Position numbers and translations under genes: made by a program. Shown piece after piece: positions 9,374-21,112 of a stretch of 49,710 nucleotides of DNA. The stretch covers positions 1 to 49,710 of the IMG/VR virus record IMGVR_UViG_3300017707_000475. One strand, 5' to 3'. This DNA comes from a virus. Its lineage: Duplodnaviria; Caudoviricetes. The notes beneath the pieces are model-generated. The model saw only the letters and a list, made by a program, of their open reading frames with translations. It was not told the origin of the DNA and ran no database searches. Within the stretch, counting starts at the first letter, position 1. Each line of letters starts with the position of its first letter.

Positions 9374-9469
9374 CACCCCAAGCTTCTGATCGCCTAGCGA
9401 CAGAACAGCGATACCGGGCCTCGCTCAGTCGCGTCAAGAACCACCCACTTCCATTGACGGAGACAAGAG

Positions 9470-11077
9470 ATGCAGACCGCACTTCCACAGAACATCAGCG
9501 AGGCAACCGATGAGGAACTCGCAACCGCAGAGACCACCTTGCTCGCAGAGTTCGACAAGATGATCGACGAGGGCTCGACCGAGGTCGCAGTCCTGACCGA
9601 GATCGCGGAGGCCGTTGAGGCTGTCCGTGGCGAAATCGCCAATCGCGTACAGGCAGCAGACGAAGCCGCACAGGCTGTCGCCCTGCTCGCCGAGCGCATC
9701 CGCCCGATCGCAGAGATCGACGGAGACCCGGAGGATGACTCCGAGGCAGAAGCCGACGGTGCTGACGATGCACCAGAGGACACCATCAACACCGAGGTCG
9801 AGGAGACCGAGGCCAACACCGAGGAGCGTGAACTCGTGACCGCGAGCGCAGACAAGACCACCCCCAAGGCTCCGTCAGCCCGTGCCGTTGCACGTCGCTC
9901 TCCGAGCCCCGAAGCACCGAAGCCGACTCCGGAAGTCGTCATCACCGCAGCAGCCGACATCCCCGGCTACGCAGGTGGAGCGCACATCGACAAGGTCGGC
10001 CTCGCCAAGGCGATGCACGCGAAGGCTCGCACCCTCTCCAATGGCTCGGGCTTCATCCCCGTCGCCTCGATCAACCTCCCGAACGAGAACAAGTTGGGCG
10101 TCGACATGGCGTACAACATGGATGTCCTCGAGCGCGTGACCGACCCGGCACAGTCGCTGACCGCAGCAGGTTGGTGCGCCCCGTCGAACAACCTCTACAC
10201 GCTGTTCGGCATCGACGCGAGCGATGGTCTCATCGACCTCCCGACCGTCCAGATCACCCGTGGCGGTCTCAATGTTCCGAACTTCATCGGCATCACCGCA
10301 GCCGACGAGGCTCTCTGGAACTGGACCGAGGCAGATCAGGACGACGCAGAGGCCACCAAGCCCTGCCTCTACATCCCCTGCCCGAGCTTCACGGACTACC
10401 GCCTCGCTGCTGAGGGTCTCTGCCTCACCAACGGCAACCTCACCGACCGGGCGTTCCCCGAGTTGACCTCGCGCTTCGTCTCGCTGACGATCAACGCTCA
10501 CCTCCACCGCCTCTCCGGTGTCATCACACAGGAGATCGTGGACTCGGCGACCGCAGTCACGATGGACGCAGTCGCGTCATCCGCAGCAGGCTCGATCCTC
10601 AACGCCATCGACGTGCAGGTCGCTGACTACCGCTCGCAGTACCGCATGGCGGTCGGATCGGTGCTCGAGGCCGTGTTCCCGCTCTGGGTCAAGGAACTCA
10701 TCCGTGCCGACTTCGCAATGCGTGTCGCCCCCGGCTACAGCAATGTGTCGGACGCAGACATCGACGCACACTTCTCGGCTCGCAAGGTCCGCGCCCAGTT
10801 CATCCACGACTACCAGCCGATGTACGCAAGCGCACCCAAGGAAGCGTTCCCGACCACGGTCCAGTTCCTGCTCTACCCGGCAGGTGGCTATGTCCGTGGC
10901 GACGGTGGCACGATCGACCTCGGCGTCGTCCGCGACAGCGTCCTCAACGCGACCAACGACTACACCGCAGCATGGACCGAGCAGATGTACCTCGTGGCAC
11001 AACTCGGACCGGATGCTCGCAAGGTCACGGTCAACTACGCAGTCGACGGCGTGACGGGCTGCTGCCCCACCGCCTAG
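9470..11077 (+). CDS. Major capsid (hexamer) protein with N-terminal scaffold-like region
   Basis: Acidic coiled-coil N-terminus, then TAAGWCAPS...DGLIDLPTVQITRGG as in cluster-B-type capsids. Confidence 0.85.
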   Translation: MQTALPQNISEATDEELATAETTLLAEFDKMIDEGSTEVAVLTEIAEAVEAVRGEIANRVQAADEAAQAVALLAERIRPIAEIDGDPEDDSEAEADGADDAPEDTINTEVEETEANTEERELVTASADKTTPKAPSARAVARRSPSPEAPKPTPEVVITAAADIPGYAGGAHIDKVGLAKAMHAKARTLSNGSGFIPVASINLPNENKLGVDMAYNMDVLERVTDPAQSLTAAGWCAPSNNLYTLFGIDASDGLIDLPTVQITRGGLNVPNFIGITAADEALWNWTEADQDDAEATKPCLYIPCPSFTDYRLAAEGLCLTNGNLTDRAFPELTSRFVSLTINAHLHRLSGVITQEIVDSATAVTMDAVASSAAGSILNAIDVQVADYRSQYRMAVGSVLEAVFPLWVKELIRADFAMRVAPGYSNVSDADIDAHFSARKVRAQFIHDYQPMYASAPKEAFPTTVQFLLYPAGGYVRGDGGTIDLGVVRDSVLNATNDYTAAWTEQMYLVAQLGPDARKVTVNYAVDGVTGCCPTA

Positions 11078-11129
11078 TCGTCGCACGACCACTCAACCAC
11101 TCACAACTCCGCACAGATAGGACAGGCCG

Positions 11130-11915
11130 ATGGGATCGAACCTCAGCACATGGCAACTCGTAGAAGCACCTGCTGTCGTTCCGCATCCCTTCGGTCTGTT
11201 CTCTGTTGCAGAGCCCCGACTCACGACTGATGAGCACTGGCGTCTCGGTGTCCAGTGGCAGTCGCAGGGATGCATCGAGGACTACATCACCTACGGTCAA
11301 TGCATCTCCGGGGGCGAGACGTCGCTGACATCGAACTCAGCGTGTGTCGTCAAGCAGTACGAGCCCTTCACCGTCTACGCCTACAACACGGACGCGATCC
11401 CGGGACACTCGCTCGCAGAGCATCGTGACCAGACCGTTCAGCGTCTCATCAACGGCGAGCAACTCGCAGCAGAGCGGAAGCTCTGGGCTGACATGATCGC
11501 CGGAGCAGATGCGACAATCAACGCATCGGCCTACACGCCGACGTACGCCCTCGCTGTCGCCGAGCAGGCCATCGCTGAGGCGTATCCCGGCACGGGCATC
11601 ATCCACATGAGCCGACAGGCTGCGACAGTCCTCTGGGAGAACCTCATGGTCTCCGGTGGACGGATGCAGACACTCATCGGCACTCCAGTCGTGGTGGGAG
11701 CCGGGTACGACAATGCCTCAGGCAATCCCATCGCCACCTCCGACCTGTTCGCCACGGGTCCAGTCATCCTCTACCGTGGGGATGTGGACACACGCGAGCA
11801 GGCCATCGACAAGGCTCACAACGAGGTCTCGTACATCGCCCAGAGGGACTATGTCCTCGGCTGGGATTGCTACGCGATCCGTGTCAACACAACCCTCGAC
11901 CGCCCGGTCTCATAG
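11130..11915 (+). CDS. Probable major capsid pentamer protein
   Basis: Position after the major capsid gene; PFGLFSVA, HWRLGVQW, PFTVYAY, GTPVVVGAGY and LFATGPV motifs. Confidence 0.65.
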   Translation: MGSNLSTWQLVEAPAVVPHPFGLFSVAEPRLTTDEHWRLGVQWQSQGCIEDYITYGQCISGGETSLTSNSACVVKQYEPFTVYAYNTDAIPGHSLAEHRDQTVQRLINGEQLAAERKLWADMIAGADATINASAYTPTYALAVAEQAIAEAYPGTGIIHMSRQAATVLWENLMVSGGRMQTLIGTPVVVGAGYDNASGNPIATSDLFATGPVILYRGDVDTREQAIDKAHNEVSYIAQRDYVLGWDCYAIRVNTTLDRPVS

Positions 11916-11929
11916 AAGGAGAACCCTCA

Positions 11930-12586
11930 ATGTCCACACAGATTCTGAAGAGCATCAAGGGCAAGGTCGTCCGACTGACCCGTCTCGACTCCTGCGGCGA
12001 CGTGGTCTACGGATCATGCTCGTCACTCGTCTCGGAGTGCTTCGTCAGCGTGACGCTTTCCGGAGAGTTCGAGGCTGGCACGGAGTTCGTCCAGAAGTCG
12101 GCATGGGGCGACCTGTGCATCAACGACAAGGACCCCGACATCCTGAAGCGCGTCAATGTCACGATCGAGTTCGCCGAACTCAACCCTGACGCTCTGGACT
12201 TCATCACGGCCTCCAACCCTGTGACGAGCGGATCAAACACGATCGGCGCATCGTGGGGAACCGACCCGAACGAGACCTCCTTCGCACTCGAGGTCTGGAC
12301 CAAGCGCACCGGGGTGGACTGCAACCCAGTCGCTCCAGAGTGGGGCTACTTCTCCATCCCCTATGTTCGCAACGGCAAGATCGACGGGGACATCACCATC
12401 GAGAACAACTCGCTCACGGTCTCGCTCATGGGCGAGGCCTTCGGCGCACCTGCCTCATGGGCATCGACCCCCTATGACGAAAACCCATTCGTGGCATCGT
12501 TCCCGGCAGGGGACATCTTCGGCATGGTTGTCACCACCACCCAGCCCCCGGCAGATACCGACGGCTGTGTTGCTCTGGCTGAGTAG
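11930..12586 (+). CDS. Major tail protein
   Basis: AAGGAG RBS; GKVVRLTRLDSCG...FVSVTLS...GDLCIND...FALEVW. Confidence 0.8.
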   Translation: MSTQILKSIKGKVVRLTRLDSCGDVVYGSCSSLVSECFVSVTLSGEFEAGTEFVQKSAWGDLCINDKDPDILKRVNVTIEFAELNPDALDFITASNPVTSGSNTIGASWGTDPNETSFALEVWTKRTGVDCNPVAPEWGYFSIPYVRNGKIDGDITIENNSLTVSLMGEAFGAPASWASTPYDENPFVASFPAGDIFGMVVTTTQPPADTDGCVALAE

Positions 12587-12650
12587 CAGCCACAGACACT
12601 CGAGGTCATAACAACGGCGACAGCGACGTCAGAAAGGTAGGGATCGCGCC

Positions 12651-13361
12651 ATGAACTGTGATGACTGGCCGATCCAGTGGCCTTGCGACATCAGCACAGA
12701 GGACGAGGACCTCGTCCTGCTCGCTCGCCAATCAGCCCAGCAGATGCTGTGGGCTCTCTCAGGTCGACGCTTCGGCATCTGCACCACCACAGAGGAATAC
12801 TCGATGCCCTGCTCTGGGGGCTGTGCGTTCCCGTGGGGCTACGACTTCGGTCCCGGTGTGGAGTGGAGGCTCCAGCGTGATTACGGCCTCGCATACCCTC
12901 GCCTGTGCTGTCGCATCCGTCTCGCCCAGACCCCTGTCCGATCCGTCGACCTCGTCCTGCTCAATGGCGAGATCATGGACCCAGCCGACTACCAACTCCA
13001 ACGCGGTCAACTCGCCCGACTCGGGGAGTGCTGGCCTTGCGAGCAGGAGTGTGAGGTCGCTCCGATCTCAGTCACTTACACCTACGGCATCGACGTGCCA
13101 GCCCTCGGTCAACTCGCCCTCGGAGAACTCGCCTGCGAGCTTCTCGCCGGGCTCAATGGAGGCGACTGTCGTCTGCCCTCCAACGCTGTCGCAGTCACCC
13201 GTCAGGGCGTGACCGTCGATCTCGGCGATGCTGCAGTCCTCATGGCGCAGAACCGCATCGGCCTCCCAATCTCGGACGCTTTCATCCGGGCTGTCAACCC
13301 CGGCAAACTCCATCAGCCGTCCGGGGTCTACTCCCCTGACCTCCCGAGGCGTGTCCGGTGA
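12651..13361 (+). CDS. Head-to-tail adaptor
   Basis: LWALSGRRFGIC...LACEL...CRLPSN...TRQGV...VNP motifs, plus synteny. Confidence 0.7.
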   Translation: MNCDDWPIQWPCDISTEDEDLVLLARQSAQQMLWALSGRRFGICTTTEEYSMPCSGGCAFPWGYDFGPGVEWRLQRDYGLAYPRLCCRIRLAQTPVRSVDLVLLNGEIMDPADYQLQRGQLARLGECWPCEQECEVAPISVTYTYGIDVPALGQLALGELACELLAGLNGGDCRLPSNAVAVTRQGVTVDLGDAAVLMAQNRIGLPISDAFIRAVNPGKLHQPSGVYSPDLPRRVR

Positions 13362-13855
13362 ATGACCGCCGATCCGCACAGTCCGTCTCTAACTGGCTCC
13401 TCTGCCTGATCGACGAGGCACTCGTTCAGGCTGGACGAGATGCCATCAACCGGGCGTACGTCGCAGCAGGTCAGATCGCATGGGATGACTGCTGTGGGAT
13501 GCTCGTCGTGGGTCCTGAGCGCGTGTACCGATCCGTCGAGTTCCCCAATGAGGCCAACGGTCCAGAGTATTGCGACAAGGGCGACCTCACTCTCGATCTC
13601 GTGGTCGTGCTCGTGCGATGCGTCCCGGTGGTCAACGACCGAGGACAGGCTCCTTCCGGAAAGGACCTGAACGACGCCTACACGAACATCCTCGAGGACG
13701 CTGCAATCGTCTGGAACTCCATCGACTGCGCTGATCTCCCGGCAGATTGGATGAGAGCCAACCTCTCGCAGACATTCGTGGGAGCCAATGGAGGATGCAT
13801 CGGGGTCGAGACTCGCGTTACGATTGGCCTGTCTCAGAAGGTCTGGAGTATCTAA
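13358..13855 (+). CDS. Tail terminator / neck-type protein
   Basis: AWDDCC, VRCVP and GGC motifs; GTGA overlap; synteny. Confidence 0.55.
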   Translation: MNDRRSAQSVSNWLLCLIDEALVQAGRDAINRAYVAAGQIAWDDCCGMLVVGPERVYRSVEFPNEANGPEYCDKGDLTLDLVVVLVRCVPVVNDRGQAPSGKDLNDAYTNILEDAAIVWNSIDCADLPADWMRANLSQTFVGANGGCIGVETRVTIGLSQKVWSI

Positions 13856-14219
13856 TGCCTGCCAATCCAACCAAGCCAGCGGCGACGTGGCGCATCCTCG
13901 TGGATCAAGGCAAGACATTCGACAGGACGCTCATCTACAAGGTCGGGGGAGTCCCCTTCGACAACACCGGGTTCGGAGCCCGGATGCAGGTACGTCGCAA
14001 CTACAACTCAGTCACGCCCGTGCTGTCGCTGTCCTCGACTGCCGGGACAATCGTCCTCGGTGGAGCCAATGGTCAGATCGGGTGGTCGGTCTCAGCGATC
14101 GACATGGAGGACCTCATCGGCGAGTATGTCTACGATCTCGAACTCTATGACCTCACCGATCCAGACATCGTCATCGGCATCGTGCGTGGAACCATCGTCT
14201 CCCGTGCAGAGGTGACCCA

Positions 14220-14223
<4 letters not shown>
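13855..14223 (+). CDS. Fibre-attachment / BppU-N-like small virion protein
   Basis: QGKTF...ARMQVR...YVYDLEL...EVT pattern, directly before the collagen fibre. Confidence 0.6.
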
Positions 14224-16456
<2,233 letters not shown>

Positions 16457-16457
<1 letters not shown>

Positions 16458-17455
16458 TGCCAATCCACCGAGGGTCCTTCGGGGGGTCGGTGAACCTGAA
16501 GCCGACAGCGTCGATCACCTCTGCCGACCAGAACCAAGACAGGGCAATCCTGTACGGATCGGTCAATGCACAGGGAGCATCGACCTCGGTCCAGTTCCAA
16601 TACACCACGGACTCAGGCTTCGGGTCTTTCTCCACGGTCCCCGCGAGCCAGAGCCCCGTCACCGGGTTCTCGGCAACCACGGTCTCAGCGACCATCACCG
16701 GGCTCGCCAATGCCACGACGTACTACTACCGCATTGTCGCCACGAACAGCATCGGATCGGTGACCACAGGGAGCGGATCGTTCAAGACATGGGGGCTCAT
16801 CCAGTACGCCAACGGCACACCGGGATCGTATGGAGTCGCAATCCCAGTCGGTGCCGGGACAGCCCCGACCCTCAGGTATGTGTTCATCTACGGAGGTGGT
16901 GGTGGTGCTGGCTACGCAGGTGGTGGTGGTGGTGGTTATCGCCTCCGCGACACCTACAACTTCTCTGGCACCAATGGAGTCATCACAGTCCTCGTCGGTG
17001 GTGGAGGTGGAGGAGTCGGCGGTGGAGGTGGCACGAGCTACATCACAGGAGCCAACCTTGCGACCCTCGATGCCGGGGGTGGAGGTGGAGGTGGCACAGG
17101 CTACGGATCGAGTGGTGGTGGTGTCGGCTATGGCGACAACCCCGGCTACGGCGGTGGCACGGGTGCAGCGGTCTACAACAAGGACGGCTCCATCCTCGAA
17201 CACGCCAATGGTGGAGGCGGTGGCATCGGTGGTCCCGGTGGCAACTCGTACGGATCAGCGAACACTCAATACGGTGGCGCAGGAGGCACGGGTGGAACGG
17301 CCTATGGCTGGAACGGCGGTGCAGGTGGTGGTGGCTACGGCTCAATCGGCACAGGTGGCAATGGCGCATACCACGGATGGGGCTCTGGTGGTCAGGGCAT
17401 CAACGGCGGTGGATCGAGTGGTCTCGTCACCTTCTACTACTATGGGGCTGTATGA
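16457..17455 (+). CDS. Fn3-like plus glycine-rich virion protein
   Basis: ITGLANATTYYYRIVATNSIG (Fn3-like), then a GGGGG-rich domain. Confidence 0.75.
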
Positions 17456-18570
17456 CCATCCCTGACTTCTCTCCTCACGCGGTCCAGTCGGACAAGATGT
17501 TCTACATCCTCGACGCGATCGAGGCAGACGACGTCACGCTCGTCCGTCGCACACCTGCCGGGGATGAGGCCTTCACCGAGTTCACCTCATGGCGACTCCC
17601 GACGGGTCAGGTGCTCCTCGCCTTTCCGGAACACTTCAGGCTCGCCACCAAGGGCAACCTCGTCGCCCGTGCCGAGGATCAGGAGGAGATCGTCAACCTC
17701 GTCCTCTACGATCGCCTCCGACCTCACTATGACCGAGGGACAGCGATGCCAACAGGCGAGAAGGGCGTGTTCTGCTTCCTTGACTCACAGCCGATCCATG
17801 ATCCGAGAGACGAGTGGAGGTGCGACACCACGGCCTACGGACCGCTCAAGTACCTAGCCCCCGGCGAGGAGCGTCGAGTCCTCCTCTCCGATCTCGCACA
17901 GATCAAGACCTACGAGCCAGTGCTCTCGGTCAATGGAGTGGCACACCTCGTCTATCTCCAACGCGAGGACGACGAGGAGGCGAGAGACTATGTGGTCAAT
18001 GCAGAGCCTGTTCCTTTCTGTGCTGTGACGCTCTCTGAGATGCTGAAGCTCGTGTATGAGTGGGCAATCGTCGCCGAGCCCCCCTTCTCCAGCCCTGACC
18101 CCATCGCACAGGACGCGAGGGACTTCCTCGCAGCACTCAGGTTCCAGCCATCCATCGTGGCGAACCAGACGGAGATGCAGGTCGCCCGGTACATCCGAGG
18201 CCACGAGGACGCACGTCGCCGACCCTCCAATCCTCAGGACAACTCAGACGAGCTTCGCCTGTTCCTCAAGCGCAGGGTCGCCCACGGCTCCCTCGCCGGG
18301 GCATTGTCCCTGTACCCGGGATCAGGAGACATCGCTCAGGCTGTGGAGATTGACCTCGCAACCATCGAGAGCGACTACGCCTCGACGCTGTTCTACTTCG
18401 GGGTCGACCCTCAGGGACACGCCTTCGCCCGTGCTGAGGAAGGCATCGCAGCCATTGACCCAGAGCGTCAGATCGGTGGTCAGGCCTTCATGCGCCTCAA
18501 GGTCGCAGCCCTCCAGCAGAAGCTTGAGATCGCGACCCTCCTGCGAGACAACCCCTCTGCCGACATCTGA
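17452..18570 (+). CDS. Hypothetical protein
   Basis: ATGA overlap (MTIPDFSPH...); 372 aa. Confidence 0.7.
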   Translation: MTIPDFSPHAVQSDKMFYILDAIEADDVTLVRRTPAGDEAFTEFTSWRLPTGQVLLAFPEHFRLATKGNLVARAEDQEEIVNLVLYDRLRPHYDRGTAMPTGEKGVFCFLDSQPIHDPRDEWRCDTTAYGPLKYLAPGEERRVLLSDLAQIKTYEPVLSVNGVAHLVYLQREDDEEARDYVVNAEPVPFCAVTLSEMLKLVYEWAIVAEPPFSSPDPIAQDARDFLAALRFQPSIVANQTEMQVARYIRGHEDARRRPSNPQDNSDELRLFLKRRVAHGSLAGALSLYPGSGDIAQAVEIDLATIESDYASTLFYFGVDPQGHAFARAEEGIAAIDPERQIGGQAFMRLKVAALQQKLEIATLLRDNPSADI

Positions 18571-18589
18571 CGGCACTACACTCGGTCCG

Positions 18590-19642
18590 ATGCGGATCGC
18601 TGTCTACACGATTGCCCTGAACGAGGAGCAGTTCGTCAAGCGATGGGCAGACTCGGCTCAGGAGGCCGACCTCCTGCTGATTGCCGACACCGGGTCAACA
18701 GACGGGACCGTCTCCATCGCCCGATCCCTCGGGATCGAGGTCGCTCGGATCGGAGTCGCCCCGTGGAGGTTCGATGATGCTCGCAATGCGTCGCTCGCCC
18801 TGCTCCCGAGCTACATCGACCTGTGCATCGCCCTCGACATGGACGAGGTCCTCGTCCCCGGTTGGAGAGCCCATCTCGAGGCCATTTCCCCGGCAACGAC
18901 CCGACCGAGGTACAGGTATGTCTGGTCATGGCAGGCAGACGGATCGACAGGCCTGACCTACGGAGGCGACAAGATACATCGCCGGGCTGGCTACCGATGG
19001 CGACATCCGGTGCATGAGACCCTGACCCCAGTCCTGCCCGAGGTGCAGGAGTGGATCGGGCTCGAGATACACCACCACCCGGATCACACCAAGTCTCGGG
19101 GGCAGTATTTCCCCCTGCTCGATCTCGCCCGTCGAGAGGCTCCACAGGACGACAGGACAGCGTTCTATTACGCCCGAGAGTTGTTCTACCACGGGCGACA
19201 TCCTGAGGCCATTGAGGAGTTCCAGAGGTTCCTCGCCCTGCCGACTGCGACGTGGGCTCCTGAACGGGCAGCAGCCATGAGGTACATCGCCAAGATGGGA
19301 CACGATCCGCATCGGTGGTTCACTCTGGCGACGTTGGAGAGCCCTGATCGGCGTGAACCGTGGGTCGACCTCGCCCAGTACCACCACAACCAACGAGACT
19401 GGGAGGCCTGTCTGATGACAGCCAACCGGGCTCTCGCAATCCGAGAGCGACCGATGGAGTACCTCTGCGAGCCAGAGGCGTGGGGAGCGAGACCGCACGA
19501 CCTCGCCTCGATTGCGCTCTGGCATCTCGGTCGCCACCCAGAGGCTCTCGAGGCCTGTGAGACAGCCATCGCCCACGACCCCGGGGATGGTCGACTCAGG
19601 AGCAACCGGGAGTTCTTTCTTCTCGCCCTCAATCAGGAGTAG
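18590..19642 (+). CDS. GT2-family glycosyltransferase with TPR repeats
   Basis: IALNEE...DTGSTDGT...RFDDARN...LDMDE...VHE motifs, then helical TPR-like repeats. Confidence 0.9.
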   Translation: MRIAVYTIALNEEQFVKRWADSAQEADLLLIADTGSTDGTVSIARSLGIEVARIGVAPWRFDDARNASLALLPSYIDLCIALDMDEVLVPGWRAHLEAISPATTRPRYRYVWSWQADGSTGLTYGGDKIHRRAGYRWRHPVHETLTPVLPEVQEWIGLEIHHHPDHTKSRGQYFPLLDLARREAPQDDRTAFYYARELFYHGRHPEAIEEFQRFLALPTATWAPERAAAMRYIAKMGHDPHRWFTLATLESPDRREPWVDLAQYHHNQRDWEACLMTANRALAIRERPMEYLCEPEAWGARPHDLASIALWHLGRHPEALEACETAIAHDPGDGRLRSNREFFLLALNQE

Positions 19643-19651
19643 TCTGTCGAG

Positions 19652-19957
19652 ATGGCAACGACGCGAGCACGACAGACCAAGGCCACGACCACCCAGCAAC
19701 CCCAGCCCGAGGTCGCAGTTGCGGTCCTGTTCGAGCGTCTAGGTCATGTCATGGAGAAGGTGGACAACCTCTCAGCGAAGCTCGACGAGCAGGACGCTCG
19801 CCGATCCGAGCACCTCAAGGAACTAGAAGCTCGGGTCGTGGAGATTGAGAGTCAGGTCTCTGGCGTCCGGTGGTTCCTTGCCGGGGTCGCTGTCGCTGGC
19901 GGTGCAATCGGTGGATCGGTGGCGGCAGGAGTCGCCAAGGCACTCGGCCTCGGCTGA
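19652..19957 (+). CDS. Coiled-coil protein with C-terminal TM helix
   Basis: Heptad-rich region followed by a hydrophobic Gly/Ala helix. Confidence 0.7.
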   Translation: MATTRARQTKATTTQQPQPEVAVAVLFERLGHVMEKVDNLSAKLDEQDARRSEHLKELEARVVEIESQVSGVRWFLAGVAVAGGAIGGSVAAGVAKALGLG

Positions 19958-20397
19958 TGTCCACGTCGGTCAAGATCGACCAATCAGCCCTCCGTGCTCT
20001 GATGGCGAGTCCTCAGGGACCCGTCTGGATTGACATCCAGAGGCGCACCAACCGAGTCCTCAACCAAGCCCGGCGCAATGCCCCGGTCGATGAGGGACGA
20101 CTCAGGGGCTCGATTGCGATGGAGATGCGCTCGTACAACGGGAACCCAGTCGGTCGCGTCGGAACCAATGTCGAGTACGCCCTCTATGTCCACGAGGGGA
20201 CGGGGCTCGAGGCAGGCAAGGGCTACATCGTCCCGGTTCGCAAGAAGGTGCTGGCGTGGCCTGCCAAGAACAACTCAGGCGTCGGTCGCAGGCGATACAA
20301 GGCAGGGGCGACGCAGGCGTATGTGTATGCCAAGCGATCGCGAGGAGTCAAGGCTCGCCCGTTCCTGCGAGACGCTCTGTCTGCAGCCCTGAGGTAG
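19957..20397 (+). CDS. HK97 gp10-like neck / tail-completion protein
   Basis: APVDEGRLRGSI...YALYVHEGT...RPFLRDAL. Confidence 0.75.
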   Translation: MSTSVKIDQSALRALMASPQGPVWIDIQRRTNRVLNQARRNAPVDEGRLRGSIAMEMRSYNGNPVGRVGTNVEYALYVHEGTGLEAGKGYIVPVRKKVLAWPAKNNSGVGRRRYKAGATQAYVYAKRSRGVKARPFLRDALSAALR

Positions 20398-20425
20398 CAC
20401 CCCCCTTTCTGCTACCATCAACTCC

Positions 20426-20839
20426 ATGACACGCCAGAGAGCATTCCAGACAGCAGCAGCCCGTCGCCGAGCCAATCCGATCGAGTGGGTGATTGACGAT
20501 GTGACCGTCCGACTGCGACCGTCCGTCGACCTCCTCGAGATCGCCGACCTCGTGGATGCCTTGCAGGCTCCAGCCCCGGAGGGAGTCAACGACGTCAAGG
20601 CTGCACAGATGAAGCGAGAGACATTCCTCGAGATTGTGCGTCACTTCCTCGAGCCCGGCGCACATGAGGCGTTCGCCTCGGTCGCTCCCGATCTCGACTT
20701 CGGGATGCTGACCGACATGATTCAGGACCTCGTTCAGGAATACACAGGTCAGGCAAACCCTACGCAGGAGCAGTCGTCGTCGGATGGGTCGTCCGAAACT
20801 GGGAACAGTTCGACGGCTGGTGCTCCGGTAGAGGCCTAG
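20426..20839 (+). CDS. Tail assembly chaperone (G)
   Basis: Upstream of the tape measure gene; ends ...ANPTQEQSSS; contains A-AAC-CCT heptamer. Confidence 0.75.
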   Translation: MTRQRAFQTAAARRRANPIEWVIDDVTVRLRPSVDLLEIADLVDALQAPAPEGVNDVKAAQMKRETFLEIVRHFLEPGAHEAFASVAPDLDFGMLTDMIQDLVQEYTGQANPTQEQSSSDGSSETGNSSTAGAPVEA

Positions 20840-21033
20840 ACGCAATCCAACTCTCGGCAGACAGAGCGGTCAATGCGTACCTCTATGCCATCAAGGAACA
20901 CGCCGATGAGAACACGCTCGCCCAGATCGAGGAGGCATTGACCCCACCACGCGAGTACCGCGTGAGCGGAGTCCCGGCATGGTACGGATCAGACGACGAT
21001 GCGTGGGCAGAGTTCGCTCGACAGAGCAGATGA
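20755..21033 (+). CDS. Tail chaperone -1 frame extension (T part of G-T)
   Basis: Open -1 frame (...GWVVRNWEQFDGWCSGRGLDAIQLSADRAVNAYLY...PAWYGSDDDAW) with no early start codon. Confidence 0.65.
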   Translation, partial: KPYAGAVVVGWVVRNWEQFDGWCSGRGLDAIQLSADRAVNAYLYAIKEHADENTLAQIEEALTPPREYRVSGVPAWYGSDDDAWAEFARQSR

Positions 21034-21035
21034 TC

Positions 21036-21077
21036 GACCAATCCCGGGGTAACAGGCGTGTCGCCCCGGGATTGGTC
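21036..21077 (+). terminator. 14-bp perfect hairpin before the tape measure gene
   Basis: GACCAATCCCGGGG / CCCCGGGATTGGTC. Confidence 0.55.
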
Positions 21078-21112
21078 TCCCATAGCACATCGGATTGCTC
21101 TACACTTGCACC

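Noticed and set aside
16789-17451. Trp/Arg-rich N-terminal extension of the 593-aa ORF
   Set aside because: Off-frame reading of the glycine-rich gene; the real start is most likely ATG 17452.
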